Notes: a model not told the origin generated them from the letters alone. A stretch of DNA of 63,951 nt, filler included, from Octopus bimaculoides (GCF_001194135.2; 7 parts of 7 records of this genome joined end to end with filler, not necessarily neighbours in it), one strand, 5' to 3'; positions 24,677 to 37,394 are shown, counted from the first letter of the whole stretch. A program made the numbers and translations.

Positions 24677-25439
24677 TAACAGATTTTTCTGAAGCAGTTA
24701 AGTCACATTTACGACCCATATTTACATGATTATCAGACCACTCGTTAATAATTTGGAACATCAAAATTTGGTTGAAATCATGCTAATAGTCGTGGTTTGA
24801 TTACATGTATGCAAAACCTCATGTTTTTTGCACACCATGCTCATATAACTGTTGCAATCATTCTGTAGAAATTTCATTGAATTCCAATTAGTAGTTTTTG
24901 AATAAAATTAAAAAATGAAACGTCATTTATAATTTGAAAAGCAGTGTATAGATATAGATATATACATACATGCACACAAGTGAGCACATAGGCACTTAAG
25001 AAAGTGGGGAAAATAGTACTTGAATACCAAAGATAAAGTAAAGTGAAGCTGATTGACACAAGCATAGCTGCATACTTAAGAAATTTGCTTCCCAACTGCA
25101 TAGTTCAGGTTCAGTCTTACTGCATAGTACCTTAGGCAAATGTCTTTTAATATAGCCTTGGGTCAACCAAAGCTTTGTGAGTAGATATGATACACAGAAA
25201 TCAAAAGAAGCCTGTTGTATTTTTCTCAAACAGAAAAAATTACATTTTAAAATTTACATGGTCACAGTTTCATATCTAGAAAACAGAACTTTTATTGTAA
25301 AAAAAATTATTTCATATGTAAAATATAGGAGTCACAATTTCATGGGGGTAAAGATTTAATGCAACATAGCATGATCTGGAAACCACATCGTTAGTAACTT
25401 ATAAGCCAGAGCCAATACACATTTCAATTTGCATACACC

Positions 25440-25740
25440 TTTCAATCCAATACTTCTTTGTTGACTATGTTCTTCATGTAAGTTCTCCCACTTCTTTTTC
25501 CTTGTTTATCAGTATTGATAACTTTATCTCTCACATCAGATAATTTGTGAACCCTTGAGAATGCAACATATAGCTCACCATGGCTGAATACAGGTCCAGG
25601 CAAGAACAGCCCTGCTTTATCAAATTTCTGCCCTTGTGATATATTGATAGTCATTGCATATGACAGGCAAATGGGAAACTGGTTTGTTTCTAAAATGAAT
25701 GGCAAGTTTGTGGTGCACATGCTAGAAGTGGTAGTTGATA
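25440..25740 (-). mobile_element. Helitron PIF1 helicase C-terminal fragment
   Basis: [44 protein letters not shown] (helicase motifs V/VI). Confidence 0.8.
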
Positions 25741-26157
25741 TAAAAAAAAATTAGTTCAATTTTTTTTAAAATTATTTTTCACTATGCACTCACTATTGCC
25801 ACCACCACTACCATCATATCTCTCTCTCTTTCTTTACTCTCACCTTTTTTTAATCTCACCATCAGAACATCACCCTTCTGCTAAAATTATATTCCTAACT
25901 CTCCTCTGTATCACTACCTTCAACTTTTTTAACTACATAATAGGTATTACATTCCCCCTACCATATGTCATGGACACTTCACTTTCCGTATTTTCTTTCT
26001 CCCTCTTTCTTTTTTTGTCTCTTTCTGCCTCACTCTTTGCATTATCCTCTTTCTCCCTCTTTTTCTCTAATCATGTGAAAGCATTACTGATGGGCTAAGC
26101 AACATAATGACAAGCAGAATTATTATTCATTTACACCCATGCACACACACACATATA

Positions 26158-27612
26158 CACTACTATCCAAAAGTTTAAGATCACCTAATAAAAGTTTATT
26201 TCAGACTGGACTTTTTAGTTCAATGTCATTAATTTAGATAATTTTTTTTTTGTATAAAAATATGGAATAACATATTGCATAAAGTTTGAGGTTTATATGA
26301 TATGGAACACTATTCATATTTTATATGCAAATAATCATATTTCTTGACAGCAAGCCTATTTTAGAATGTTGTCAAAATCCTTATAGTGTCCCCTTTTTTG
26401 TAACATTGCAATACATTTTGATTATTTACACTCCTTATGTACTATCAGTTGAGATACCATCACTTAATGACTGCGTTTTATGTGTTATTGTTGCTTTCAG
26501 GTTCAGTTATTAAAAATAAGTAAAATTAGTGAAATTCCTAAAAAATCAACTTAAATAAGGGCAAAACCAGCAATTTATCACCTGAAAAGATAGCATGCAT
26601 TGTCAAATTACATAGTGAAGTCTATAGTTTTCGAGGTATAGCCAAAAAAGTTCAAGTTTTCTACACTACTGTCTACTCCACTGTCAGGTGCCTTCAAAAC
26701 AGGCACCTGACAGCAAATGAAATTGCTGCACAAGTAAGTGAAGCTGGCAAGCTAATGTGTCTCCTACAACCATGAGAAGACGCATTGCTGCCAGCCTAAA
26801 TGATCATTGTGCTGCCAGAAAACCACTGCTTCAACCAGGGAATAAACATAAGCAACTTATATGAACCAGAAAACACCAAACCTGGACTATTGATCAATGA
26901 AAATGAGTCCTCTGGACTGATGAATCAAAGTTTGGATTCTTCGGATCCAGGCATAGAGTTTATGTGAGGCAAAAAAATGGTAAATGGATGACTCCTGAGT
27001 GTATAGTTCCAACTGTAAAGCATGATGGAGGAAGTGTAATGATCTGGGGGTGTTTTTCAGGCAATGGTGTTGGGGATATTCATCGGGTAACCCTATCCTC
27101 CAGCATCATGTCATTTTATCTAGGACGAGGCTGATCAGTGATACTTTTGTGCTAAATATACTTCTAAGTTATGCAAAAACTATTTACAGAAGAAAATGGA
27201 TGAAAAAAGTTGACTGTAATGGAATAGCCAGCCCAAACCCCCAATTGCAATCCAATCGAAATTGTGTGGGATGAATTGGATCACATAGTCAAAAAGTGCA
27301 GAAACCTTCTGGACACTCTTACAAGAGGAGTGGCAAAATATTACTAGCAAAATATTTGCTTTCATTGGTCGAATGAATGCCCAGAGTATGCTCTACAGTG
27401 ATCAAGGGCAAGGACAGATATTTTGATGAGTCTAAAATTTAGAGTTTTTCACTCATTTTTCATAGTTTTGTTTAGTTGCTGAATTAATTATGTCATCCAA
27501 TGAATGTAGCTATACATTAATGAAATATTTTACTAGAACTCTCAGTTATTTCCATTTTATAGATATTTTTCAAAAATAAGTTTAGGTGATCTCAAACTTT
27601 TGGATAATAGTG
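26158..27612 (+). mobile_element. Tc1-like DNA transposon, degenerate
   Basis: 30-bp TIRs cactactatccaaaagtttaagatcaccta / taggtgatctcaaacttttggataatagtg with TA on both sides. Transposase remnants LWTDESKF, PTVKHDGGSVMIWGCFSGNGVG, NPIEIVWDELD. Confidence 0.85.
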
Positions 27613-27861
27613 TACATAAACCATAAAAAGTCAGGCAGTATGAGAGATGAATATATTTATCTAATCACTTGTCATTCTTAGGATTACAACCATTTTGTGG
27701 CCTTCACCATGAAATAATAAATTTCAGTGTATAATATATTATGTTTACATGTCTGCATTAACATGCATGGTATACATTATGCTATACAATTGTATATTTA
27801 CAAATCAGTGCAGATAACAAAATCTCAGATCACCATAACATCATGGTTACATCAATGCTCC

Positions 27862-30800
27862 GACTCTAAGTCATCATCATCATCATTCAATATCTGCTTT
27901 CCATGCTGGCATGGGCGAGATAGTTTGACTGGAACTGGTAAGCCAGAGGGCTGCACCAGGTTCCAGTCTGATTTGGCATGGTTTCTACAGCTGGATGCCC
28001 TTCCTGATGCCAACCATTCCGAGAGTGTAATGGGTACTTTTTACGTGCCACCAGCACAGGTGCCAATTACAAGACACCAGCAATGGCCATGACTATGACT
28101 TCATGGGTGCCATTTATATGACACTGGCAATGGCCACGACTACGATTTCACTTGGCTTGACAAGCCTTATCAAGCACAGCACATCGCAGAATGTCTCAGT
28201 CATTCATCATCATGCTACTGGCAACGGCTACCAGCATTATGCTACTGGCAATGGCCACCGTTACAATTTCACAGGTGCCATTCACATGACACTAGCAACA
28301 GCCACAACTACAATTTTACTTGGCTTGATGAGTCTTCTCAAGCACGGCATATCACCAAAGGGCTTGGTCATTTGTTATCACCTCCATTAGGCTCAATATT
28401 CAAAGATTGTACTTCACCACTTCATCCCATATCTTCCTGAGTTTACCTCTTCCACAGGTTCCCTCTACAGTTAGAACTCAGCACCCCTTTACACAGCTGT
28501 CCTTGTCCATACACGTCACATGACTATAGCAGCATATTCGTCTCTCTTGCACACCACATCTGATGCCTTTTATGCCCAGTTTTTTTGCTCAAAACATTTA
28601 CACTCTGTCATATATGCACACTAACATTACACATCCAACAAAGCATATCACCTTCATATGTTTTCTGCAGTCATAACCTGTGTTCCACTGCTGTGGAGCA
28701 CAGATGTTTACACACAGGCATCATACAGTCTTTCATTCTGAGGAAGAAGCCCTTTGTTACTAACAAAAGTAGAAGCTCTCTGAATTTGCCCAGCCTATTC
28801 TTAGTCTAGCAGCTACTGACCTGGTCACCTAGGTAATGGCAGCTATCAACTACTTCTAGTTTTCCCTACCTGGCATTTGATGGAGTTTATTTTCTGTACA
28901 TATTTAGTGTTCATTATACCAGTACATCTGCCACACACAAAGACCATTAACCTTCCTCTGATATTGCTGCATCTCTTATGCATCCATAGCTTGCACCGGG
29001 TACATCTTATGGAGTTTCTACCTATGCCTTTTTTACAGATCAAGCAGGGCCATCTACCTGAAGAGATTTGTGATTTTTCTACTTTCCTACTTACCAAGAC
29101 TTTGGTTTCTGCTAGATTAACACTAAGGCCCTTTGATTCTAGACCTTGCTTCCACAGCTGAAATTTCTTCTCTAGTTCTGGAAGTGATTCAGCTATAAGA
29201 ACAAGGTCCTCAGCATAGAGGAGGTCCCTGTCTTAAATTCCTCTGTTATTTCTTGGAGAACTATGATGAACAAGAAGGGGCTGAGGACTGATCCTTGGTG
29301 AACCCCTACTTGTACTCAGAATTCATCACTATACTCGTTGTCAACCCTCACCTTACTGACAGCATCCCTATACATGGTTTGTACAGCTCTCACCAGCCAC
29401 TGCTCTATCCCTAGTTTCCACATTGACCACCAGATAAGGGAGGGGAAGACCAGGAAAGCTCCTGGCTCATCAAGAATCACTCTGAGATGCTTAAAATATC
29501 AGGTGGTATGGGTTATGGCCTAATCACCCATATAATTAACTAGGTTGTACATGGAGAGTCATACCCAGTGACTGGTGAATCAGCATCATAGTCAACTGTT
29601 ACAAAGGTAAAGACGATGCCTTAGACAGAAATAATTACAGAGGTATCAAATTGGTGGATCAGGCAATGAAAGTTATGAAGAGGGTCATAGCCCAAATAAT
29701 TAGGAAGAGAGTTAGTCTAGATTGGTTTTGTGCTAGGGAGAAGCACCACTGATGCTATATTCCTGGTCTTCATATCCTTCATGGCTTTATCTACCTGGTC
29801 CCTCTGTTGGATCCACAGTATACAGACTTTCCTTTCCCCATGCGTTCTCTACATTTAGTAACCTTCCATAGTGACATTTCCAAGCCTTTTTGCTTTGCAA
29901 GAGGACCATCATCCATGCAAACACACTTCTCTACAACAATATCACAATTTTCCCTGGCATACTGTCTTGTAAACTGCTGGTCCTCATGTTGCATAACATT
30001 GGCAAACTTTTTCCTTTCTGCTTCACCCCTGGCTAAATATACCTGCCTCCTAGCTTTCCTTCTAGCTACCTGATATACCTCCTTGCTCCACTACCTTTCC
30101 AAGCCTGTTTCTTTGTTCTAATGGCCCTGTCAACTGCACTGTTCCACCACCACATCACCTTAGGTCTGGTTGGGACCTTGCACCAATCAGAGATTTGGTA
30201 TGTGGCTCTTAGAAAGTTGTCTTGTAGAAACTTCCCGTTATCCTCTCTATTGCAAGTCTAACTTCTCCTTTTCATCAATTGTTTCTGTTAGGATGTCCCT
30301 AAATCTCTAACTATTCAAAGGATCCTTGAACTTCCATATCTTTTCCAAACTTGCTTGTTTCTTGGGTTCCTTCATGACTGTAGCTTGAAGTCACTAATGA
30401 GTAATCTATACTGAGGGGTACATTCTTCACCAGGAAGGACTTTGCATTTAAGAGCAACCATTAATCCCTTTCTCTGGTGAGAATGTAGTCAATCTGGCTA
30501 GCATGGCCACCAGAATTATAGGTTATCAAGTGACTGGCTGACTTTCTGAAGTTGGTGTTGCAGTTTATTAGATCATTTGTTTCACTGAACTCCAGCAACC
30601 TTGTTCCCTCCTTGTTTTGGGAACCAGTTCCATGGACCCCATGCACTCCATGAAAGATACCTGGTTGCTGCCCAATATGACCATTGAAATCACCAACCAC
30701 AAAGATAAGGTCACTGTCATTTATCTTTGAAGTGGTCTGCAAAAGAGTGTCATAAAAGTAGTCCTTTTGTTAATTTGGTAGACCCTGTTAGTAGGCATAA

Positions 30801-31102
30801 GCAGGCAACATTATTCTGAAAAACTAGTTTAAGCTAAGTACCCTATCACATATTCTGACTACTTCAATCTGCTAGAAGTATGCCAACACCTCCTACTATG
30901 TCACTGTTGCCCTCTCATAAGAATTTATATCTACATAGGTGCAAGCATGGCTGTGTGTTAAGTTTCTTGCTTCCCAACCACATGGTTCCAGGTTCAGTCC
31001 CACTGCATGACACCTTGGGCAAGTGTCTTCTACTATAGCTTAAGGCCAACCAAAGCCTTGTGAGTGTATTTGGTAGATGGAAACTGGAAGAAGTCAGTCA
31101 TG

Positions 31103-31151
<49 letters not shown>

Positions 31152-31600
31152 CTTGTGTGTGTCTCTGTATTTGTCTCCTCCTCCATCGCTTGACAATCAA
31201 TGCTGGTGTGGTTATGTCCCTGTAACTTAGCTGTTTGATGAAAGAGACCAATAGAATAAGTACTAGGCTTGCAAAGAATAAGTCTCGGGGTTGATTTTTT
31301 CAACTAACACCCTTTAAATCAGTGCTCCAGCATGGCTACAGTCAAATGACAAACAAGTAAGAGAATAAAAGAATGTTTTTTGCCAGTGAGGAACGTGGCA
31401 GAAGCTCCCTTCCACCAAACCTCTTTTGGATACAGCACACATCAACACCTCTCCTTTCAAGCATCTCAACAGTCTTGTCAGACTTACCTTTCAATGTGCC
31501 TACATTAACAGTGCCAACTCTGAGGGAATGTGTGGTGGGGCAAGAGGTAACATGGGGAGGGGGAACTGCAGCTATCAGCATCTGAAAAGCATGACATAGC
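27862..31600 (-). mobile_element. Near full-length degenerate RTE LINE with internal inversion and SINE insertion
   Basis: APE LRVGTVNVGTLKG, VGDFNGHIG, SQIDYILT; RT pieces including LLYAEDL; (GAT)n tail at 27862. Segment 29445-29771 reads on the + strand. Confidence 0.85.
30940..31372 (+). mobile_element. Full-length tRNA-derived SINE inserted in the RTE APE domain
   Basis: A/B-box-like head (tggctgtgtg...ggttcagtccc), internal (TA)n, 3' tail cagtcaaatgac..aaacaagtaagag. Confidence 0.8.
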
Positions 31601-31751
31601 AATTGTCCTCACATTTAATCCTCCATTGTTCATGTTACACTTGCTACCTCCATTTGTGTGTGCTGTACCAGCATTAGTACAGTGGTGTTAGCACAAATAC
31701 CAGTAAATGTATATATGTTGACTGGGTAAATGTTAGTACAGATGCGATTAA

Positions 31752-31754
<3 letters not shown>

Positions 31755-31800
<46 letters not shown>

Positions 31801-31900
31801 NNNNNNNNNNNNNNNNNNNNNNNNNNNNNNNNNNNNNNNNNNNNTTAATTAATTAANNNNNNNNNNNNNNNNNNNNNNNNNNNNNNNNNNNNNNNNNNNN

Positions 31901-31990
<90 letters not shown>

Positions 31991-31999
31991 CAGACTGAC

Positions 32000-32040
<41 letters not shown>

Positions 32041-32052
32041 ATTTGATTGATA
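31755..32052. repeat. Compound microsatellite (AT)n / (GATA)n / (GATT)n around a gap
   Basis: Direct inspection. Confidence 0.95.
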
Positions 32053-32329
32053 AAGGTCCTTACCTAGATTCTGTTACAGAAGGCACCCTGTAAACAGGAT
32101 AAACAATACAATGAGTCAGAGTATTTGGATAACTTGGATTTAGGATGAGGATTGGTGGGTGTTTATCTATGCTTGTTCAAATTTGTGTTGTTCTTGCTGA
32201 TGATCATAATGACGATCATGAAAAGAAGGAAAGAGAAGAAAAAAATGACGGGAGAGGTAGTGGGGAAATTATTATGATGACTTATAATGGTGTTGTGGGA
32301 GCGATTGTTGGTATTTTGATAGCGGTATG

Positions 32330-32495
32330 GTCGTCGTTGTCGCGGTGGCGGTGGCAATGGTGGCGGTGGCAATGGTGGTGGTGGTGGTNNNNNNNNNNGC
32401 GGTGGCGGTGGCAATGGTGGCGGTGGCAATGGTGGTGGTGGTGGTGGTGGTGGTGGTCGGCGGGGAGGCAGTGGTGGCAGTGGTGGCGGTGGTTA
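32330..32495. repeat. (GGT/GGC)n low-complexity tract
   Basis: Direct inspection; explains the poly-W/P/H/T/V ORFs. Confidence 0.9.
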
Positions 32496-32699
32496 TAGTG
32501 CACCCCGGTGAAGATGACATAAATGACAGATTACGGGAGGTCAACCGGTGAAACGTATACATCTGGGTGAAGATGACATAGATGACACATGTGAGAGGTC
32601 AACCGGTGAAACCTACTGTCAGCTCTACTAAATTCACAAATACGTGGAGTTAAATATAGCAATGTCGTTTATAATCCAGCCATTGCAGTATCGTTTGAT

Positions 32700-33160
32700 T
32701 TGCTCATGACATTGCTGTTGTGTAACTTTCGTCATATAAATATGACACATCGCTTTTGTGTAATATTCCTGTTGTAATGAACTTCTTCACATAACTATGT
32801 CACATTACCGTTGCGCAGGCTTCTTTATATAATGTCGCATAGCTATGGAGTAATATTTCTCTAGTATAGGTATCTTCATATGAATGTCACACTAATGTTG
32901 TGTAAGCTTCGTGCAAGTTTCTTCATATAAATTTGTCACATTGCTATTATGTATATTCCTCTTATATGGGACTCTTATTTGTGACATTGCTGCTGGGCAA
33001 GATAAGTGTAACCGTTTCATGTAAACATAATGCCACATTGTTTCTATGTAATATTTCTGCTGTATAGGCTTTGTGATATAAATGATGCGATATAAATGTG
33101 CTACATTGCCATTTTGTAGACTCGTTTGTGTAAATATTATGTTACATTGTTATTATACTC
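32700..33160. repeat. Highly decayed tandem array with recurring (cata)taaatgtcacattgc motif
   Basis: About 9-10 variants of tgtcacatt/tgacatt/tgccacatt/tgttacatt at irregular 30-70 bp spacing. Confidence 0.55.
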
Positions 33161-33234
33161 TTTTATTCTTTTACTTGTTTCAGTCATTTAACTGCGGCCA
33201 TGCTGGAGCACCGCCTTTAGTCGAACAAATCAAG

Positions 33235-34392
33235 GAGTAAAATTTGAGTACCGAACTGGTAGTGGCTTGTTCAACCAACAGCGCTTCAAAGCAAAGAAAT
33301 AAGACTTTGGTGCAAACAGTTCGAGATGTGTTTCTTCGCAGACGATTGTGCTCTTGTAGGAGGACATGCAATGGATTCTTCTCGCATGTATCGAAGGCCT
33401 TTGGTCTGACCATCAGCATCAAGAAAACTGAGCTTGTCCATCAGCCCATTCGTGACCATCTTCTCGCTATATGTTGATGGGAAAGCATTAAAAACTGTTT
33501 CCTTCTTCACTTATCCTAGTTCCATTGTGCATAATGATGCCAAGCTGGATAAAGAAATCGAGTCCAGAATCGGAAAGGATAGCTCCGATTTTGGTAAACT
33601 TTATCACAGGCTATAGAACAGCCACGACGTATCGTTGAAGGTGAAATTTATTGTATAGAAGTCGGTGGTCTTGACAACATTGCTTTATGGTGCTGAATCT
33701 TGGACTTTGTGCCGAAAGCACATCAATCAGCTTGACGCTTTTCATATGCGATGCTTGCGTACTATCTCCAACATAAAACCGAGCGACCATATTCATAGCA
33801 GTGAGGTATTTACAAAATGCAACATATCAGGTATTGAAGCTAAGATGGTCCGGTCATCTTTCGAGTATGAGTGAGAGCAGAATCCTGAAGCAACTTTTTT
33901 TTTACCAGTTCCCAACAGGAAGGTCAATTGGAAGGCCACTCTTGCGCTTCAAAGACAAGCTGAAAGACAATCTGAACCGATATAACATTCCCTTTTCTTC
34001 CTAGGAAAACAGAGCATCAGAACGCAGGGCCTGGCTCCAGTCCTGCTTCTCCTAAGTTCAAAAATTTGAGCAAAATCGACTCCAACACCGGGACCAACTT
34101 CATGCAAGCATGAAGGCACGCTGGCAAAACACTGCTCCTCTAAATGGAAACATTACCTGTCAGTGTGGTTTTGTGGCACGGAGCAAAGTAGACCTAGCCG
34201 TCCATTCAAGAAAACACATAGTAAATAATTCAATAATCTACAAGCACTCAAGCAAACTGATTTCTCAACTTGTTCCATTTGCCAAAAGGTTTTCAAGGCA
34301 CCAGCAGGCCTCAAGAGACACGCTCGTATCCATAGAACATGATCAACGCTTTATTTTACTGAACTCTCATTTGTCGCCCACGACGAGAGAAT

Positions 34393-34395
<3 letters not shown>
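33235..34395 (+). mobile_element. 5'-truncated RTE/BovB-like LINE 3' half
   Basis: FADDCAL-like motif, FGLTISIKKTE, VVLTTLLYGAESWT, FHMRCLRTI, LRWSGHL, GRPLLRFKDKLK. A different family from the RTE copies at 7.7 and 28 kb. Confidence 0.85.
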
Positions 34396-34436
<41 letters not shown>

Positions 34437-34536
34437 NNNNNNNNNNNNNNNNNNNNNNNNNNNNNNNNNNNNNNNNNNNNTTAATTAATTAANNNNNNNN
34501 NNNNNNNNNNNNNNNNNNNNNNNNNNNNNNNNNNNN

Positions 34537-34572
<36 letters not shown>

Positions 34573-34574
34573 GT

Positions 34575-35300
34575 GAGTATTGTAGTTCGCTTGAAGCATT
34601 GTGTATTGTTTGTAAAGAATAAAGTGTTTGAGTGGCACAACAATGCACCATAATAATGGCTGACGTGACGCTGCATATTATTTCAGAGAATTTGCGTATG
34701 TGCTCATGTCGTTGGCGGTGTAGTCGGTGAATGATTTTTTCTGATGACGTAATACATACATACGTTCGTCATCAGAAAAAATCATTCACCATCTACACCG
34801 CCAGTTACGCAAATTCTCTGAAATAATATGCAGCGTCACGTCAACCATTATTATGGTGCATTGTTGTGCCATTCAAAACACCTTATTCTTTACAAACAAT
34901 ACACAATGCTTCAAGCGAACTACAATACTCTCCTATCTCTACGCTTGGGTCAGGCCGAGTTCGCAACCGCTAGGGAGTTAATCAAGCTATCTGAGAAACG
35001 TGCTAAAATCGGATGCCAAATAAACTTTCTTAAATGCTGCCTAAAAGACAACATAATTCTCAACACCATCAGGAACATACATCCATCCTCGAGTTTCTGC
35101 AGCCTTACCCTTCGACGATCACTGTTGTTGCTGTTATTGTTGTTGTTGTTGTTGTTGTTGTTGTTTCTTTGGATTGAGGTTCTCAGTTTGGATTTATTAA
35201 GTTTCACTACGAATTGCTTTTTGCCTTTGTCGTATTGTTGTAAAACCCGATTAAAGTGCTTGGAGTTTAAACTCACCATTATAAGAACTTGATCTTACTC
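34575..35300 (+). mobile_element. Penelope-like element 5' end with inverted pseudo-LTR forming a long palindrome
   Basis: Arms 34575-34749 and 34767-34930 are near-perfect reverse complements. The right arm continues into an ORF start (MLQANYNTLL...QINFLKCCLKDNII) resembling PLE N-termini. Confidence 0.6.
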
Positions 35301-36159
35301 ATCAAGTGAGTCTTCATCCACTGCACTCGTAAATTACCATTTTTCTGCGAACTAAACTAAGCACGAGCAACGCTCTACTATTTCTTCTTTTTTTTTCAAC
35401 CACAACACAAAGACTTGCTGGAGAATTTATCGTTGTAACTTCTCTTACTTCAGAACACATCTTTATCTGATTATGTACAAATACCCCATCCCCGTTCCTC
35501 CACAAACACACACACACTTTAAAACTAATTTAGCAATGCCATGGAGAAAACGAAATATCGATTCAAGGTTTGAATTTAGATAAGGATCTGAAGAAGATTC
35601 CATAATTTTTCACCTCAGATATTCTGAGATTTCCATCAATCAGTAACGGAACCTTGATAAAAAAATTTTTTTTAAAAAACCTTCATTAATTAATTTCTTC
35701 GTTCAATAGTTTAATGTGTATTATTGGTAATGGTCTTCAATCAAAATGATGCGGTCTGATATTTCCTTTCAGAAGAATATTAACCTNNNNNNNNNNNNNN
35801 NNNNNNNNNNNNNNNNNNNNNNNNNNNNNNNNNNNNNNNNNNNNNNNNNNNNNNNNNNNNNNNNNNNNNNNNNNNNNNNNNNNNNNNNNNNNNNNNNNNN
35901 NNNNNNNNNNNNNNNNNNNNNNTTTGAGTGATTAGCATCCATTACGTCCACAAAAAAGCAAGCCATAATTTTTTACACCTTTTTTTTTCCCCCATTTAGC
36001 AACAATAACCCTCAAAACATCTATTTTTATCAGTTTCCATTATTGCATTAAACTTTTCCAAATTCCAATGAGTGGTCCATCAAATCATTTTTGTTAAAGA
36101 TAATGCTTCTTTTTCATTTTGGTTTATTCAAATCCCATTGATAAATTCTAATGTATAAC

Positions 36160-36290
36160 CTGATTGCCGGTGGCCGTGTGTTAACCTTATCGTTAACATG
36201 TTGAGTTTCCCATTGATCAGTAGAGTGTTTTAGGCCATTTTCATAACTATTCGTGGTATCTTCATTTTCAGTTTCTTCGATTACTTCGAC
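36160..36290 (-). CDS. Candidate exon of an unidentified gene
   Basis: Acceptor aattattttcag, donor gttata, 131 nt. Open in phase 0: VEVIEETENEDTTNSYENGLKHSTDQWETQHVNDKVNTRPPAI. No family recognised. Confidence 0.3.
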
Positions 36291-36839
36291 CTGAAAATAA
36301 TTTTTTTTTTTTTTTTTTCCACATTTAAGGCAAATGTTACTAAATACAAAATGTCTCGATTGTGTTTGCGTATATCCACAAAAATGATATTTAGAACCAG
36401 GGTTATATCCACAAAAGTGACATTAAGAAGCAAAGTTATATTTTCCTATCAATAGCATGACACACTTTTAGCCTCGAGATCATTCTTACTTTTTCTGTCA
36501 TCTGAAATTTAGGAATTATTTCAAGTTGGTGAATGAATTCAGTGTATTTGTTAAGCTTCCTTCTACCTGTCTCATGATCTTCAAATGCTGTTATACGATG
36601 TTCACATAACTTACATATCGTCTCGAAGTTTCATTTGAATCAGATTTTGTTACTAGTTACTAACAGAAGAAGAATTTACGCCCTGCCCTCCTCTTAAAAA
36701 AAAAGACTTTGCTTTGGCAGTCCCTTTCTATAGCGGCATCTTTAAGGAGGAATCTACATGCATCACGACTCCATCCAAAAATCTTCACAGACCAGGAATA
36801 GCTTCATAAAATAATCTGCTTCGCAGCTCTTTTCTTTAA

Positions 36840-37250
36840 ACGTTAAGACAAAAAGTTATTAATATGGATCAGCCTTTTATTAGGTTTACGAGGAAGCCTA
36901 AAACTGTTAGTTTCTAGGTCTAAGGTATTGTCTATGAAGTTGACCCGAATTAGGAGGTCCGTATTTATAATCTACACGCTGGAGAAATGTAATTACATCC
37001 TTCTTGAGTCTACCCAGCTTAATCTCGTTCATAGTACAGGTAACAGTAAGCCCGTCGTCTCTATATATAGCCCCACAAACCTTTTATTACCCTTCAGAAC
37101 CACAATGTCAGTTTTACGAAGGATTTTATAACCCTACTAAAACTGAAACAACCATAATTAGCAAACACATTTCAGACCCTGTGTTACTTACAATTAGGAA
37201 TGTTATAAACTCCCCTTAGTAGAACTTCCGCAAGTCTGTTTCTAACCGGT
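36840..37250 (-). mobile_element. Penelope-like RT fragment
   Basis: YRDDGL (RT motif C, frameshifted GLYRDDGL) and RVNFIDNTLDLETNSF..RKPNKRLIHIN. Confidence 0.7.
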
Positions 37251-37394
37251 TTAAGAACATTTAGGATAAACGGAGCTGCAAGTTCCTCTAGTTTGATGTA
37301 GTCAATTTTTACCCGTCAATAAAAATCAATAAACATAGAAACAAAGGTAAATATACATATATATGTGAATTTGTGTGTTTATAGATGTGTTTTT

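Larger units (their letters stand above)
22257..24946 (-). mobile_element. Tc1/mariner-superfamily element with ~200-bp IR/DR-type TIRs and degenerate DD37E transposase
   Basis: TIRs cactg(ct)tttcaaattat...aaactactaattggaattcaa at both ends, with an inner repeat of ttcaaattatta. Transposase VLFTNET...MVWEGII...FMQDNAPSH...SPDLNPIENLW; 37 codons counted between the second D and E. Confidence 0.82.

Noticed and set aside
32145-32562. Poly-Trp/Pro/His/Thr/Val ORFs (and poly-His/Ser at 62037-62383, poly-Ile at 45389-45625)
   Set aside because: Translations of trinucleotide microsatellites.
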